A stretch of DNA of 64,000 bases from Cystobasidiomycetes sp. EMM_F5 (Eukaryota). Below, piece by piece: positions 63,327 to 64,000 of this stretch. A program made the position numbers and the translations under genes. The stretch spans positions 1 to 64,000 of the forward strand of contig JBPGPT010000051.1 of assembly GCA_051047955.1 (NCBI GenBank), written 5' to 3'. Within the stretch, counting starts at the first letter, position 1; the number at the start of each line of letters is the position of its first letter. The notes beneath the pieces are model-generated. The model had not been told where the DNA came from. It searched no databases and worked only from the letters and a program-made list of their open reading frames with translations.

Positions 63327-63933
63327 TCAGTAGCTCATGTGATCACTACTGCCTTCGCCGTGAAACATATAGTCGTATTTGTGGGAGTAGATTACGACAG
63401 CCTCAACCATAGCGAAATCTGCACAGGATCGCTGACGTGAGATCCAGTCCAGCGTGATAGTTTAGGAAATCCACCGACCAATATTATCTCCCAAATTGTG
63501 GCTCGTGAGCTCGGCCATTGTGGTGTCGCCCGTGACGCGTCCGATAACCTACAGACCAGCCAAGTCAGTCATCATTTGACGCGACGATCTAAGAGAAAAC
63601 ATTAAAAACAGACCTCAACGTATGCGTCCGAGAAATTGGAGTCCTGGAGAAACGCAAATCAGACAGGATGTCTGTGCCCATTACATGAGAAGTATGCTAG
63701 ACGGACGCGGTTCAGCTTGACAATAACCTTTGTGGAAGGACAAGTCAGCTCCTGCCATTTGAACCTCTCAGTTTGCGTTGTCCCACCTGTCCGGCGTCAG
63801 ATGTTTCAACAATTGCAGATTCGCCTTCGAGCTGAGGACAGCAGCGTAGCCATGCATCAATTCGTGGCAGATCAGCCACTGAAGTTGAGGCTCACTTTGA
63901 GGACTTTCCCTATCAGTCGGACTGTTCTGCCAT
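63327..63933 (-). CDS. RFA3: Replication protein A 14-kDa subunit (5' exon(s) at or beyond the window edge)
   Basis: Six short exons splice to (D)GRTVRLIGKVLK-LEGESAIVETSDAGQ-VIVKLNR-DSNFSDAYVE-VIGRVTGDTTMAELTSHNLGDNI-DFAMVEAVVIYSHKYDYMF...SY*, an RPA3-type OB fold. Confidence 0.85.
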
Positions 63934-64000
63934 CTGTGGGGTGATTGTGAATACAATCAGCTGAATATCAACGAGACCGTCAGAGAACAGTCTGTGCGAA

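Overview
Gene-dense, intron-rich fungal nuclear DNA. It is probably a basidiomycete yeast, inferred from the single-chain ATP-citrate lyase and the short GT-AG introns of mostly 50-80 nt. I reconstructed about 29 protein genes by manual splicing, mostly housekeeping: SPT small subunit-like, DJ-1/PfpI, peroxisomal MaoC hydratase-2, Vps62-like, VPS9 GEF, ACL1, an SGNH/CAP64-like protein, an expansin-like DPBB protein, a CLD1-like hydrolase, STE20, POL2, UBA2, DSC4-like, NDUFAF8-like, questin-oxidase-like, a divergent profilin, kinesin-6, a peroxisomal acyl-CoA dehydrogenase, a Usv1/NsdC-like C2H2 factor, SF3B4/HSH49, Trs65-like and RPA3 (partial, absent from the ORF track). The standout feature is a tRNA-Lys(CTT) gene at 5365-5514 with two introns. 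One is a normal 18-nt tRNA intron at position 37/38. The other is a 59-nt mRNA-type intron (GTAAGC...CTCAC...CAG) inside the D-loop/A-box, and its GT-AG removal restores a canonical tRNA. No transposon or CRISPR was seen. Family assignments come from motif recognition only, with no database search. CDS coordinates span first to last coding base, including introns.
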